A DNA stretch of 64,000 nt from Carcharhinus longimanus (taxonomy: Eukaryota): contig JASCQW010000081.1 in NCBI GenBank assembly GCA_030264375.1, positions 29,397,391-29,461,390 of the forward strand, read 5' to 3'. Shown here piece after piece: positions 1 to 13,400 of the stretch (positions within the stretch are counted from its first letter, which is position 1; each line of letters begins with the position of its first letter). A program made the position numbers and the translations under genes. The notes below the pieces were generated by a model. The model saw only the letters and a program-made list of their open reading frames with translations, was not told the DNA's origin and did not search any database.

Positions 1-422
1 TATTGAGGTGTGAATTTGGTCCCCATGGCTGTTCTGTGTGTCTGGATGAAGAACTGGTTGTTGAAGGTGAAGACGTTGTGGTCCAGGATGAAGCAGCTGA
101 GTTGTAAAATTGTATCTGGAAACTGGCAATTGTCGGCGTTGAGTACCGAGGCAGTTGTAGCAATGCCACTGCCGTGGGGAATGCTGGTGTAGAGTGCCGA
201 GACATCCATTGTGACGAGGAGTGCTCCTGGTTCAACTGCTCCATGTGTGCTGAATTTCTGTAGGAAGTCCGTAGTGTCGCGATAAAAGCTGGGAGTTCTT
301 TGTACAATGGGTTTCAGGATGCCTTCGACGTAGCTGGAGAGGTTCTCGCACAGGGTCCCATTGCCTGATACGATGGGACAGCTGGGTGTGTTTGCCTTGT
401 GTATCTTTTGGGAGGCAGTAGG
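1..422 (-). mobile_element. Penelope-like retroelement reverse transcriptase fragment
   Basis: My minus-strand translation: YCLPK(fs)IHKANTPSCPIVSGNGTLCENLSSYVEGILKPIV...RDTTDFLQKF...LLVTMDVSALYTSIPH...FILDHNVFTFNNQFFIQTHRTAMGTKFTPQ. These are typical PLE RT motifs; the element runs off the window edge. Confidence 0.88.
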
Positions 423-1559
423 ACTATAACAAAGGTTCATTAAACTTATGGGATTTTCTTGTGGAAATGTTGAGTAGACTGAGCCTATATTCTCGAGAAG
501 AATGAGAGGTGATCTCATTGAAACACATAACTTGAAAACCCTTCCTGTGTAACATTTTATCTGCAATGTAATTATTCTGCCATTGTTCTGCCCACTCACA
601 CACCTTGTTCAACTCATTGTGGCTTTTGAGCCACCTCTTTTAATTTCACTCCCCTTTCTAATTTAGGATCATCTGCCAATATAAATATTTTGCATTATGT
701 TTTTTCTGAATTCAGGTAGTTTATAAAATAGGAATATTGTGGTCCCACTGTTGAGCCCTGAGGCGCCTCACTTAGCTGACAAATTAGACAGATTTTTCAT
801 TTGGCTGCGAGGGCAGGAGTGGTGGGTGAACTGGCAATCTCCTGCTACCAGACACCGGGACTGTTCACCAACCTGGTCCTGCCTCCAGGCCATTTGTGAA
901 TTGACTGGATTGGGGATGGGTGAGGGAGGGGGATATTATAACTACTACGCACGAGCAAGAGTTGGGTAGTCAATTGGGCCACCTAAAAAAAACTTAAAGC
1001 CACTGTGCTTTAATTCTGCTTTAATTCGGTGACTATAATTCTCCAGTTGGCATGTGGGTCCCCCCCAGTGAGGCCGAAACATGGGGAGGTGACCTCCCAG
1101 TCTCAGGCTGAGGGTCCAGCACTTCATACTATCAACCATAGCCAAAAGGCCACAGTTATGGCTGCTGGATGTGCAGTGGTGAGTTTCTTCTCCACAACGA
1201 TAACATGGTGGCTGTGGTCGCTTTGTATTTTTGAACTTGTAAAAAGGCCTTCAGATGATCCCTCCATTTTGAGGCATCTTCTCTTTCTCCTACCAACACT
1301 GACAGTTCCCAACTCTGAAGGTGGGCCTGTTGATCTTTCAGTTCTGGACGGCTTCCTAAAGCAAGCTAATATAATGACTTTCTAGTCGCTGATGCCCATT
1401 CACCGTCATTAATTGTAATGGCCTCCTGGAGGCAGCTACTTAATTAGCTGCATCCTCCAAAAGTGATGTCAGGGTCAAGGGTCCTAATGCCAGCAGCTCT
1501 GGATTCCTGGTGGTGGTGAGATTGCGACTCTGGAACAAAAATCCAGCTCTACTCCTTCA

Positions 1560-1980
1560 AAAATACTTAGCGTTTCACATGTTTCTGCAAATTTCTTATC
1601 CACTCTTGAAGTTTAATCTAAATATCCATGATTTTGATTTTAATTAATATCCATTTTTGTGGAACTTCATCAGAAACCTTTAAGTCAAGGTTTATCATGG
1701 CATATATGCCTACAGCAAATGACTTCAGTTGTCACTTTCTCAAAGGAGCTGATTGATCAGGCAGGATCACCCCATTCTGGATCCATGTGCTACTGTTATC
1801 CAAGTTAACGTTGCACAGATGGGCCTCAAGTTTATTCCTGATAATTGATTCCAGTATTTTACATGGAGTGGAAACAAGACAAATGGGTCCATTGTTGCCT
1901 ATTTGCTTTACAACCTTATTTATTGTCAATCATCTTTCAGGCACTTGCCATTTTCTCTAGGTGATATTTAAAGAAGGTTG
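1560..1980 (-). mobile_element. Decayed CR1-type LINE RT fragment
   Basis: ORF 1732-1929 PICLVSTPCKILESIIRNKLEAHL resembles CR1 RPISLTSxxxKxLESII. Confidence 0.7.
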
Positions 1981-3709
1981 CATTCGCATGGTAGCATAAC
2001 TTTATTTTCTTATCTCCAGGACTCCAATTCTATTACATATTCTAGTTATCAGCTACCTTTCTGCACTGCAAGTAGTGAAAATGCACTCCAGCATTTAACA
2101 ATCTAATAACTGTCAAACAACGTACCCAGATGTCACTTAGGTATATAGCCAAATTCTGCAGTGGATATGATTAGACTGAAGTAGGAAGACTGTTTGTATG
2201 TGTGTTTGGGTACACTGCTCGTTTCACCATTATGATGTAATTTACTGTAAATCTTGCTTTAAACATAGAGTTTTCAAGAGCTGTGATAGCGGCCCTGTCA
2301 AACACTGAGGGCAATTATGACCATTAGTTTCACATCATGCCAGTGGCTAGGCCTCCATTACTGACTGCCTGATAGCCAGCAGAAGTGTGAGAGCTATAAT
2401 CTACACCCACTTTCAGTCCATCATGTTAAAAAAAAGCTGAATTGTAAAACTTAAGTCTGGTGCCATCAAATGTAAAAGAATGACTCAGAATACTAAAATG
2501 AAGAAACCCTTCTTTAGTAAAAAATTAACCCTCTGGATACTGACATTCTCTTTGGTTTGGCTACTTGTTTTTCCTCAATGTGTTTTTTCAACAAACCTTT
2601 TGCAAGGTTATTCCAAAAAAAGTCAAGAAAGCACTGGCATTGCACACTTTACAAAAAATGAATTGTAATAACCTTTCTTGTTTTTTTCAAAGGATCTTTA
2701 ATAAAATCAGAGATGATTTTCAGTAATTAATTTCTTGTCTTTAATCAAGCATTTATAAAAGATGTTTTTATCACCAACAAGGAAAATGCAATGCCACTCA
2801 ACCCCAGTAAATGCATTATTGTTCAACAATACAAAAAGTTGTCACTATTTGTCAAGTTCTGAAATCAAAACTGAAATGCAATTACTAAATAACAATGTGT
2901 GATTTCTCATTCAGCCTTGCCTTTATATAAAGCTTGCTTACAGCTTTTTCCATTATTCCAAAAATAGCCCACTGGAGCTCTACTATTTAATTTCAAAACT
3001 CCTTAAAGAAAAAAGGTTGGATGAAAGTTCCAATTTTTTTCTGTAAAATTAGTTCTTCAATTTTTGTATTGGTATCCTACTCAGGATAGTTTAAAATAGG
3101 AAAACAGCTCTCTTTGCTGTTGTCAGATTCAGGCAAGACAAATATTACAATAAGCTAGGCAGACAGGTAGGTTGAGATCACAACAGAACTATCAGCGTTT
3201 TAATGTTCCCCATGTCTTGTGCTGCCAACTCAGGTCCCTGTTCGAACTCACCAGATATCTCTCTGCCCTCTCTTGAGTTCTCTCCTGTCAAGACTTAAAG
3301 AACAGAAAAATGCATAATAGAAACACACTGAAGTCAGTTTGAAGTGAATTGGAAATCCTGAGTTTAGAAGCTGGATTTTCCCTGTGGGTTTCTGAACCCC
3401 ATCACACTGAAATGTAGGTTAGAAGCCTGTATGATATGGAAAACAGCCGTTTATTGTGATTTTCCCCAGGGTTGCCAAATAATGGCCAGAGGGTGCGCTC
3501 ATCATTGAATTAAGAACAGGTAGACTCTTGAAGCTGGTGGACTAACCAAAGGCCACCTTGCTTGATAACATCAGCAAGACGCAATGGAAGGATGGGGAGG
3601 GAGAAGACGTCTAAAATGGAGGCACCCTTTTGCCCATCTTTTTAAAAATATAGACTAACAATTAGCTTTTGCAGTTCGATCACCACTAAAAAAGGGAACA
3701 GAACCCTTT

Positions 3710-4055
3710 GGGGCGGCACGGTAGCACAGTGGTTAGCACTGCTGCTTCACAGCTCCTGGGTTCGATTCCCGGCTCGGGTCACTGTCCGTGTGGAGTTTGC
3801 ACATTCTCCTCGTGTCTGCGTGGGTTTCATTTCAGGTACTCCGGTTTCCTCCCACAGTCCAAAGATGTGCAGGTTAGGTTCATTGGCCATGCCAAGAAAT
3901 TGCCCTTTAGTGTCCAGGGATGCATAGGTTAGAGGGATTAGTGGTTATAATATGCAGGGATATGGGGGTAGGGCCTGGGTGGGATTGTGTTTGGTGCAGA
4001 ATTGATGGGCCAAAGGGCCTCTTTCTGCACTGTAGGGGTCTATGATGATCTATGA
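3710..4055 (+). mobile_element. Near full-length HE1/V-SINE-type tRNA-derived SINE
   Basis: A-box region GGTAGCACAGTGG, B box GGTTCGATTCC (3759-3769), V-domain TGTGGAGTTTGCACATTCTCC...CCGGTTTCCTCCCACAGTCCAAAGATGTGCAGGTTAGG, and a CR1-like tail ending TCTATGA. Confidence 0.9.
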
Positions 4056-5032
4056 ACCCCTAACAGGGTAACCTATGGCTGCTGCTGTACTCAGGGAGGA
4101 TTTCTAGGCCTGCCGGACTGGCTCCATAGTCTGCTGCCTGAAATTATTTGCATGAAATCTGGTCCAATCTTCAATACAAGTAGTAAGCAAATCACAATAT
4201 TGCCTATAAAATATAGTATATAGATATAAATAGTATATTATATTTTCAAATTTAGCAAATTCAAGTTACTTACCATTCTATATTGGTTCAAATTGTATAA
4301 ATCTGTCTACTAATTTTAAGCTTCTGTCTGAAAATGTGAACTTGATTCATTTAACAAAGTTTAGCAAATTAGCACCTTTTTTAATGCCACAATGGATTTT
4401 CTTTAAAATTGACTGCAACAGAAAAGGATATTGGCTGCAGTGTAAAATGGACTTGCATCTATTTGCATTGTAGCTTGCCTGAAGATGTGAAATTTGGCAC
4501 AGGACCATTAATGAATCGATAGTGATATAAAATGAAACCTGCAGATGCAGAAAGGGTAGCCTTAGTTTTTGTCCCAAAACTGTTCATCAGAAATTCTAGT
4601 GCTTTGCAAATTGATCACACATGATCGATGTTGAGTTTCTGTTGTGCACTTTTTGCTGTAAAGCCCCATGTCCCCACTGGAGCTTCACTAAAAGTGTAGG
4701 CTATCATTTTCTGTCTGTTTTTAAAAGAAAAAGCCCATAAAGACCCATAACTGCTAAATGCTATATTCTACACGTTGATAGAGTTGAGTCACTGATTCAA
4801 TTTGAATTGTTTATTTGTGTTCATAAACCACTCCAGCTTTGCTTATGAGAGAACCACTTGAATTACTATTATTTGAATCATTACAAGTTATTATCCTCTT
4901 TATATTGACATTGCATGCTGATTAAAACAATTTATATTTGTAGATCTACCCTCTTACGTGTTGTCAGCCATGGCTGAATTGCTATCAAATGAGTAAACTG
5001 TATTGTGTTTGCCTTGGTGTCATATTCCAGTA

Positions 5033-5883
5033 TGTTATGAGCTCTCAGTCAATACTTTATATTTTTAAAAAATTCAAAAGGCCACATTAAGATGGCTGCC
5101 TGAGGTTAACCTGACTTCTTCTGTGGATTGAAACACTCCCCTGTTTCAAAGGAGAACAAAGGGCATTTCTAGACTGGTGTTGACATGATGCCTTTTGCCA
5201 GAAATTAATTCAAAAGGATCATTTTGAATTGAATAGATTATTCAATTAAAATAAACTAGCTGTCTCAAACGCTCAAGGTGTGAAAGTCATCACACCTGGA
5301 TGCACAATTGACCAGGACACCCACATTATTCAGGAGAAGGTCCTTGGATTTATAACAGGTTACATGGGTGAGACAGAGACACATCAGAAAGCCATCAAAC
5401 CAGCTGTGATCCAGAAAGCAGCCAAGGCAATAAAAAGCAAAACCTTAAAGTGCGAGAAGGTCTCTCTCCAACCTGTTCTGAGTATAAGTGCACCCAAAAG
5501 CCAACCTCCTGGAAATTTGCCAAATATGCCACAGATTACTATGAATCCTCTGCCTGCAAGAGCTTTACTTCAATTAAAGGCACACATTCATCTAAGAAAC
5601 TACAAGCTTGCCATGATAGAGAGACTAAGACAATTATATTTTGCAATTTTATTGTTTGTTTTTCCTTTCTCTATCTAACCTTTGTGCAAGTAGGTATGTG
5701 TGAAATGTCACATTTTAAACTTCTAGGGCAAGTGTAGGATTATAAATCTCCTTCATTTTTAAACTCAAAAAAGCTTGCTTCTGGATGTATTCAAATTGTG
5801 ATAACCACTCTGAGGGTAACAAAATACACATTCCCCTTACATACAAAACACTATCCTTGATAGTCAGGCATTAAATCATATGA
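5033..5883 (+). mobile_element. Possible solo LTR
   Basis: Starts TGTTATGA and ends in a degenerate inverted TCATATGA; ~850 bp with no credible coding content. No clear TSD. Confidence 0.35.
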
Positions 5884-6011
5884 TTCTTCACAAATTATGT
5901 AATGGATAAAGGTATCATCCACCATAGAACTAAGACAACAGAAGGTTTCAGTTTTGATTATTTATCTTGGGTAGCTTATCTTAGGTGACCCTGAAAAACA
6001 TTTGAGGTTTT

Positions 6012-7470
6012 ATCATAGAACTGTTACAGCACAGAATGAGGCCATTCAGCCCATCAAGTCAGTGTTGTCTTTTTGAAAGCGCAATCAACTGTGTGTGGAG
6101 TTTGCACATTTTCCCAGTCTCTGCATAAGTTTCCTCCAGGTTATAGAGTCAGAGAAGTTTACAACATGGAAACAGGCTCTTCGGCTCAGCTTGTCCATAT
6201 GACACTTTTTTTTAAAACCCCTAAGCTAATTCCAATTGTCCGCATTTGGCCCATATCCCTCTACACACAATTGATCCATGTAACTATCTAAATGCTTTCT
6301 AAAGGACAAAATTGTACCCACCTCTACTACTACCTCTAGAGCTTTTTCCAGACGCTCTGAAAAAACTGCCCCTCTTGACACTTCTTTATCTCTCCCCTCT
6401 GACCTTAAACCTATGCCCTCTAGTTTTAGACTTCCCTACCTTTGGTAAAAAAATATTGACTATCTAGCTGATCTATGCCCGTCATTATTTTATAGACCTC
6501 TATAAGGTGTTCTGGTTTCTTCCCACTGTTCAAAGGTGTGCAGGTTAGGCCATCCTAAATTGCCCATTAGTGTCCAGGGATGCACAGGTTAGGTGGATTA
6601 GCCATGATCAGTGTGTGAGATTATGTGGATGGGGTGGGAGTGGGCCTATGTAGTGTGCTCTTTTGGAGGGCTGGTGCAATTTCAATGAGTCAAATTGTCC
6701 CCTTCTGCACTGTAGGGAATTCTATGATTCTATCTAGATGCACTTTCAATCTTTCCCAGTAGCTCTGCTATTTAGTTTTCCTTTCAGGTGCTTATCCAAT
6801 TCCCTTTTGAAAATAATGATTTGGTCTGCTTCTTCCACCCTCTCAGACCGTGCCATCCAGATCCTAATGACTCACTATGTAAATAGAAATTCCTCAGGTT
6901 GATTTTAGTCTTTCCTGCCAACACCACCACCTCCNNNNNNNNNNNNNNNNNNNNNNNNNNNNNNNNNNNNNNACAGTTTATCACTATCTATTCTGTTCAG
7001 ACTCCTCAAAGTTTTGAATATCTCTATCAAGTGTCCTTTCAGTCTTTTCTTGAAGAAGAACAACCCTAGCTTTTCTAATCTATATTCAGATTTGAATGCA
7101 ATACTCCAGTTGAGGCCACCATGTTTAAAATTTCATAACCTCCTTGCTTTTATCCCCCATTCCTCTATTTATAAAGCTCAAGATCCTGTATGCCTTCTTA
7201 ACCAAATTCTGAAACTGCCCTACCTTCTTCAATGATTTGTGCAGATGTGTCCACAGATCTTTCCATTTTGACACCTCCTTCAGAAATGTATATTTTCATT
7301 TACATTGCTTTTCCTTATTCTTTCTACCCAACTCTAGTACTTCACACTTCTCTGCAATAAACTACATCTACCATCATGTCTGCCTATTCCGTCAATGTGT
7401 CCACATCTTCCTGAAGTCTATCGCTACCCGCCTCAAGGTTAATCTTCAAATACTAAAATTGTGTCTTGTA
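6012..7470. mobile_element. Nested repeats: CR1 (-) containing an HE1 SINE (+; 6086-6142 and 6504-6733), itself split by a CR1 3' end (-; ~6143-6503)
   Basis: The SINE V-domain is interrupted and resumes at GGTGTTCTGGTTTCTTCCCAC. CR1 3'-end signatures on the minus strand. Confidence 0.75.
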
Positions 7471-8199
7471 CACTAATGTCTAGCCATTAAACTCCTTGTT
7501 GTTCAAGTATATCCAAGCTGCAAGTGATTCCACTGTTGTTGGTGGGTCCATTCATGAGTCCCTTTTGGGATCAACATGGATGTCCACAGTACTGACAGTT
7601 CATGTTATCATTGTTAATGCCTGGGGAAATCTCTGCAGAAGCACTACCTCAGGCCTTTTTTGGGCACTTTGGATGTTATGAGTTTGGTTTAGGTGGTCTT
7701 TAAAATTTGCTAAACCAAAGTTTTAGCACTTGTCTTTACGCAGACTGGTCAATCACAATGGTTTCCCAAGAGAAATAATCAGCAATTGTAAGGCTGTTTT
7801 TTAAAGTGACCTTGTATTGTTTTTCTGACCACTTTGTTGCTGTTTGCCCTGAGACACTTCTCCATAGAAGACCTACTTGGGGTTCTGTCATCATCCATGC
7901 AGGACACATGGCCTGCCAATATAAGTTGAATTTTCTGGAAACNNNNNNNNNNNNNNNNNNNNNNNNNNNNNNNNNNNNNNNNNNNNNNNNNNNNNNNNNN
8001 NNNNNNNNNNNNNNNNNNNNNNNNNNNNNNNNNNNNNNNNNNNNNNNNNNNNNNNNNNNNNNNNNNNNNNNNNNNNNNNNNNNNNNNNNNNNNNNNNNNN
8101 NNNNNNNNNNNNNNNTCATAAGCAGAAATTGCTTTCTGGACACCTCCATGGATCACTTCATCAACAGTAGCAAACTTGGAAAGAAAACTACCAAGCTAT

Positions 8200-8295
8200 G
8201 AGACCAAAAAAGAAAATACTGGAAAATCTCAGCAGGTCTGGCAGCATCTATAAGAAGAGAAAAGAGCTGATGTTTCAAGCCCAGACAACCCTTCT
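8200..8295. mobile_element. 96-bp Penelope-derived repeat inserted in the RTE element, 11-bp TSD
   Basis: TACCAAGCTAT at 8189-8199 and 8296-8306. The body CTGGAAAATCTCAGCAGGTCTGGCAGCATCT is shared with copies at ~38270, ~49350 and ~60195. Confidence 0.7.
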
Positions 8296-8466
8296 TACCA
8301 AGCTATTAGCATTTTTCTACAGCTTTGAACCTGGTGCTAATGGTTATGTCTGGCATTACACAGTGTGTGCCTGATGCTGGCTGAATCATGACCTTGATCT
8401 TGGAGAACTTGATTTGGACACCAGAAATTTTGGTAGCACTCAAGAATTTGTTTTCCATAGTCTGGA

Positions 8467-8772
8467 TCATAGAATCATAGATTCCCTATTGTGCAGAAGG
8501 AGGCCATTCTGCCCATCAAGTCTGCACTGACCACAATCCTGCCCAGGCCCTATTCCGGCAACCCCTCATATTTACCCTGCTAATACCCCTGACACTACAG
8601 TTAATTTAGCATGGTCAATCAACCTAACCCGCACATCTTTGGACTGTGGGAGGAAACTGGAGCATCCAGGGAGAACGTGCAGACTCTGCATATACAGTGA
8701 CCTGAGGCTGGAATTAAACCTGGGTCCCTGGTGCTGTAAGTCAACAGTGCTAACTACTGTACCACTGTGCTG
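8467..8772 (-). mobile_element. HE1-type SINE
   Basis: Reverse complement of the 3710 SINE head, V-domain and tail. Confidence 0.85.
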
Positions 8773-9869
8773 TGGGAAATTAGGTCAAAGTTATCTGCCT
8801 ATAGAAGTTCTCTGATTGCTGCTTTCATGACTTTGTTGGAGCATGAAATTTGGACAGATTGAAGACCTTCTCTGAATGGAAGCTGATGTTGATGTCTACA
8901 GGCTTCCTTGAGCATTGCAGCAATTCAGGGATTGAACAATTGGGAAACCACAACACATCCATACTTTAATGCCACTGGTTACTACAAAGACATCTCACAG
9001 GCATAAAAATGTAAAGCCCATGTCATTATGCCATTGGCACAGAATTTTAACCAATTTGTTCAGGCAGCCTAGCTTAGTGAGCAAGTGCCATAGGCCAGAT
9101 CAACTCACATTGTCAAAAGCTTTTGTTAGATCTATGTATAGCATATAAACGATGCTGAATTTTCTTGTAGTCATCTTGCTACACAAACCATATCAGATAT
9201 CCCAATGATAACCTTTAAACCCACATTGTAATTCCAGGAGGACGAGGCTGTTTCACAGGCATTTTAATAGGAACGTTAAGAGGACCTTTCCTGTGATTAA
9301 AAGACTTATCCTCGATAGTTGCTGCACACTGTTTGGATCATTTCTGCTTCCAAATGTTGATATTGTTAGCAACTGTTGAGGTTCTGTGGAATTTTTCTCA
9401 GATCCCAAATGCTCTTGAAGACAGATGTAAGTTTGTTAACATGCTTTGTACTATTACACTTCCAAGTCTCCGTGGAAAATTCTGGACCAGGGCTTCATCT
9501 TTGTTCGCTTGATTTGATTATCTTTATCACTGCTTCAATGGAAGGAGAAAGGGACAGGCTTTTTTTCTGAGGCAGTTGCTCGATTTGATGCTCACACCAC
9601 CTTCCCATCACTGTCTTATCAGTGATTAGTTGATTTCCATCAGATGTTTGCAGAAGAGCAACGTTTGTGGTCAGTGAGCTCACTGTAAAAATATGAATCA
9701 TATCTTTCAGCTAGATATTGCAGCTCATCAATTTTTGTGTCCACCAGCCATTCTACATTTCTCTGAAGGTACAGTGCGCTTGTGTTTAGCACTTTTATAG
9801 GCTTTTGTTTTACAAATCATTAATACAGATCAAGAAAAGCTGTGCTCCTAGTATCAAACACCCTGGAGA

Positions 9870-10410
9870 ACACTTATTGTATACTTTCCCCTCGTTTGAA
9901 AAAGAACCATTCACCAGTATGCATATTCAGCCAATTTAATATCCAGGCTGCCACCATCCCTTTTGTTCCATGGGTTTAATTCTTGCTGGCAAACTTGTTT
10001 TGTGGCAATTTATCAACACCTTTTGGGAGTCCATATGAACCACATCAACCATCTTACCATCATCAAACCTCTCTGGTAGCTCATCAAATTGCTCAAGTTA
10101 AGTAACCATGATTTATCTTTAACAAATCCATGACAACTTTCCTTAATTGATCCACACTTGTTTAAGTGGCCATTACTTTTGTCCAAATTATCATTCCTAA
10201 AACCTTTCCCACAATCGAAAGCAACTCTCCCAATTAAATACTTTTACTCTAGATTGCTCTTTGCCCTTTGTCATTGGTAATCTAAAACCTATGGTACAGT
10301 AATCACTATTCTTTGCAATTTCTACTATTGTCATTTCATCCATCTCATTCCCCAGAACCAGATCCAGCAATGTCTCATTCTTCATTGGACCTAAAGTATA
10401 GTGATCAAGA
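9870..10410 (-). mobile_element. Decayed CR1 LINE fragments
   Basis: ORF 10197-10385 LLDLVLGNE...SDYCTIGF (CR1 endonuclease C-terminus), plus RT-region remnants. Confidence 0.7.
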
Positions 10411-13400
10411 GGATGGATCTGGTACTGTAGACCAGGGAGAAAGAAACAGTCACAGCTTCCATATGGTTTCTAATGAAGAGTAGACAAGTGTGGATATTGA
10501 GCAAGTACAGGTTTAAGTTCAACTGTGAAATCTACATGGTTGAATAGCCAATCAATGCATAAGCTTATATTTGAAGAATGGTAAATCCAGTCAAGGGAGT
10601 GGTCAACACATGTGATAATATACCCCACAAGGCTTGTCGCAACAGAATAGTGCTACAGAAAGGCAACCTGGTGATCCATCTTAAAAATTCATCAATTCTA
10701 TCATTGGCATACCATGGTTGCAGTGTGTACTAACCACAGGGTACAGTGCAGCACATCATCAAGGTTTCTTCCATGCATTTCCCAAACCTTCAGGCAAAAG
10801 GAACATGTCCAGGCATTACACCTTTGTTGAATGAAATGGTTTGAGGGTCAATAGTTCCCTATTGCAATCCCAGAGTAGACTCTATAACCCACTAGCACCC
10901 TTTTCTCATGTACTATAAATCATTGCTCCCTTTGAAAGTGTGCATCTGTCCGAATGAGAGCAAAACAAAAAGTTCAACTGTATGTTCCTTTTTCAGCAAT
11001 GATATGATTTACTAACTATGTCAATTCTAGTTTTTACTTCAAATCCTGACCTGACTCTTGCTGTGTAATCACATGGCATAGTGTACCAAGGTATCTTGGA
11101 TTCAAGACAAATGAAGGAATTTTAAATTGCTAGATTCATCTGGCTTCCAATCAAAACAACTGATTTAACAGTCCTTAGAGATACAGTTGCACCCCTCCCC
11201 ACAATGTCTCTCCTCTGATAAGGTAAATTTTATCAACCTTGATTGATCCACTGGACAGAGTCCCACACAGAAGCAAGGCATTTAATATTGGGGGTAAGAT
11301 AGTGGGGGAGGAAATAAACAAAAATAATGATCCTTGTCATCCATCTCACTGGCTAATCAACAGGATAGAAGCTATCTGTGGAGAAGTTATCACCTCTAAA
11401 ACACTCAGCCGTGTGAACTGGCAGAGCATATGTTGTGGTGGATGGTCTGCAAAGGCAATTAAAATAGATAATAAAGGGCACGAGATGAAACAAACAACAA
11501 AATCTGGAAGAGCAAATGCAAATGGATTCAGAACATCATTTGACATAAGCTCAAATTTAGTGTTCAGTCGTATTTTATCCACTCTAAGCAAAGAGCTAAC
11601 AAAAGAGTTAATGCAGTGAATATTGGCGGTTAAAAGATTTCTTTTCCAAGCACTGTACAGTTTTTACATGCACCGATCTAAATGCTGGCACAGATGGCTT
11701 GCTAACAGTCAGTCACCACTGTCTCTGTACCAATAAAAAACAGCAGTCATCACTAGATTTTTTTTAAAAAGAGAGAGAAAGAGAGAGAGAATTAACAAAA
11801 GCCCCATTTTACTTGGTCCTTTTCAAGCTCTTAGATAATACAGAAAAACCTGATCCTTTTGAGTGCATTTAAGGGTCAGAAGACAGGCCACATTATGACT
11901 GTCAAGGCGTGATGGCCACTTTGGCAGAAAACTTTGGTGGCATTTCAACACTCCCCAGCTTGATAAGCTTAGATCTACTCTGATTATAGACCATGTTAAC
12001 CTTAAATACACACAAACCTAGCATGTTGTTACCATTGCCTTTTCAAACATGACTTTGTTAAAAAAAATGAAAGTCAACTTCTCAAACTAGACTAATGATA
12101 GTAAACGGGGTTAGAGAAAAACATAACCTCAAATATTCTATATGTCTTTTTTTGTCTTATTATTCTAACAGCTTAATTATTTTAATGGTTAGATCACTAC
12201 TAAATTAGAAAGGGAATGAGATATGCTATCTGTACAATTTGAAAATTATAACATTAAGAATAAATGAGTATAATTTTTAAGGCTGCGTTTTATGGCTGTG
12301 TGCACCAAACTGAGTTGTTACTGAATTACATTTTACATTAGCAAAAAAAAGCTAACAGCTTTCTCATAGTCTGGCCAGCATCTGGAAGTAATCCACTACA
12401 TTTTGCAAATCATACAGGCATGAAATACATTTAAATGGAATGAATGACACATTACTACCCGTGTATTTCTGTGGTGGTGCTGGTTGAATGGTGGTAATGT
12501 CTCACTCTAACAGTTTACATCAACATGTTAACCTGCAGAAATCAATGACTGAAGATAAAGCAGAAGCAGCCAGAAGCCTAAAGATGAAAACTGTGCACTG
12601 GGAAATGTTTCTAAATGTTGTAGAAGTTTTAATTGGTCTCATCTAATTGATTATTTTAAGTCCACTGCTCTCGATACCAACAACTCCCATCATCCTCACA
12701 GCAAATCTAAAACATGCTATGGACAACGAAAGTAAGTTGAATCAGGGCAAAACTTATTGACAGTAAAAACACTTACATTGAGATCTGCTTTTCTTCCAAT
12801 GTTCTAAAGGTGTATACTTAAACTGAGCTGTCATTCCACAGATGCTGGCAGCCTCTGCTACAGTGGCTATTCATTATTTGCGATTCTGTATTGATCAGGA
12901 TTGAACTTGGGCCTTCCTGATCTGTGTAGACCCCAACTACCCCAAAAGATGCAGCAATAGCACTGAAAATAAGGAAAAATAGAAGAAACCAAACTTAAAT
13001 AATGCAAGAGCAGATTAAATATTGTTTTTCTTGGAATTTTTTTAAACTTAAAGAAAATATTTTATCTTTAATATCCATCCACTTTCTGTTTGCCTATTTT
13101 CACTTTGAAAAACATACAGTTAATTCTGTAATATTAAAAATACTTCAGAATTTTACTAAAACCTAAATCTCATTGCCTTTCTTGGAGATAAAGCCACCAA
13201 ACATACAACTCCCTTTTAATACAAATGGCAAAACTGAGAAATGATGTGCACACTTACAACCTTGGCAAAAAATATTTGTTTTTATTCTACTGGAGCAAAA
13301 AGAGAAAATCTTCTACAAACAAACTCATAGGGGCTGCAAAAAAAAAGCAACATCTTGTCAGAACATTGATGGATATGTGGCTTGAAATCCTCATGCTGCT

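Larger units (their letters stand above)
7475..9800 (-). mobile_element. Decayed RTE/BovB-clade LINE ORF
   Basis: Fragments QLILAGHVSCMDDDRTP..., KQYKVTLKNSL, LQTSDGNQLITDKTVMGRWCEH and IDLTKAFDNVS resemble the RTE ORF (QLRWAGHVxRM, RWxEHF, DLTKAFD). Confidence 0.8.

Noticed and set aside
3710-3775. tRNA-like A/B boxes
   Set aside because: Head of a multi-copy SINE, not a tRNA gene.
5280-5737. 132-aa and 95-aa ORFs
   Set aside because: Within an LTR-like repeat; no domain or splice support.
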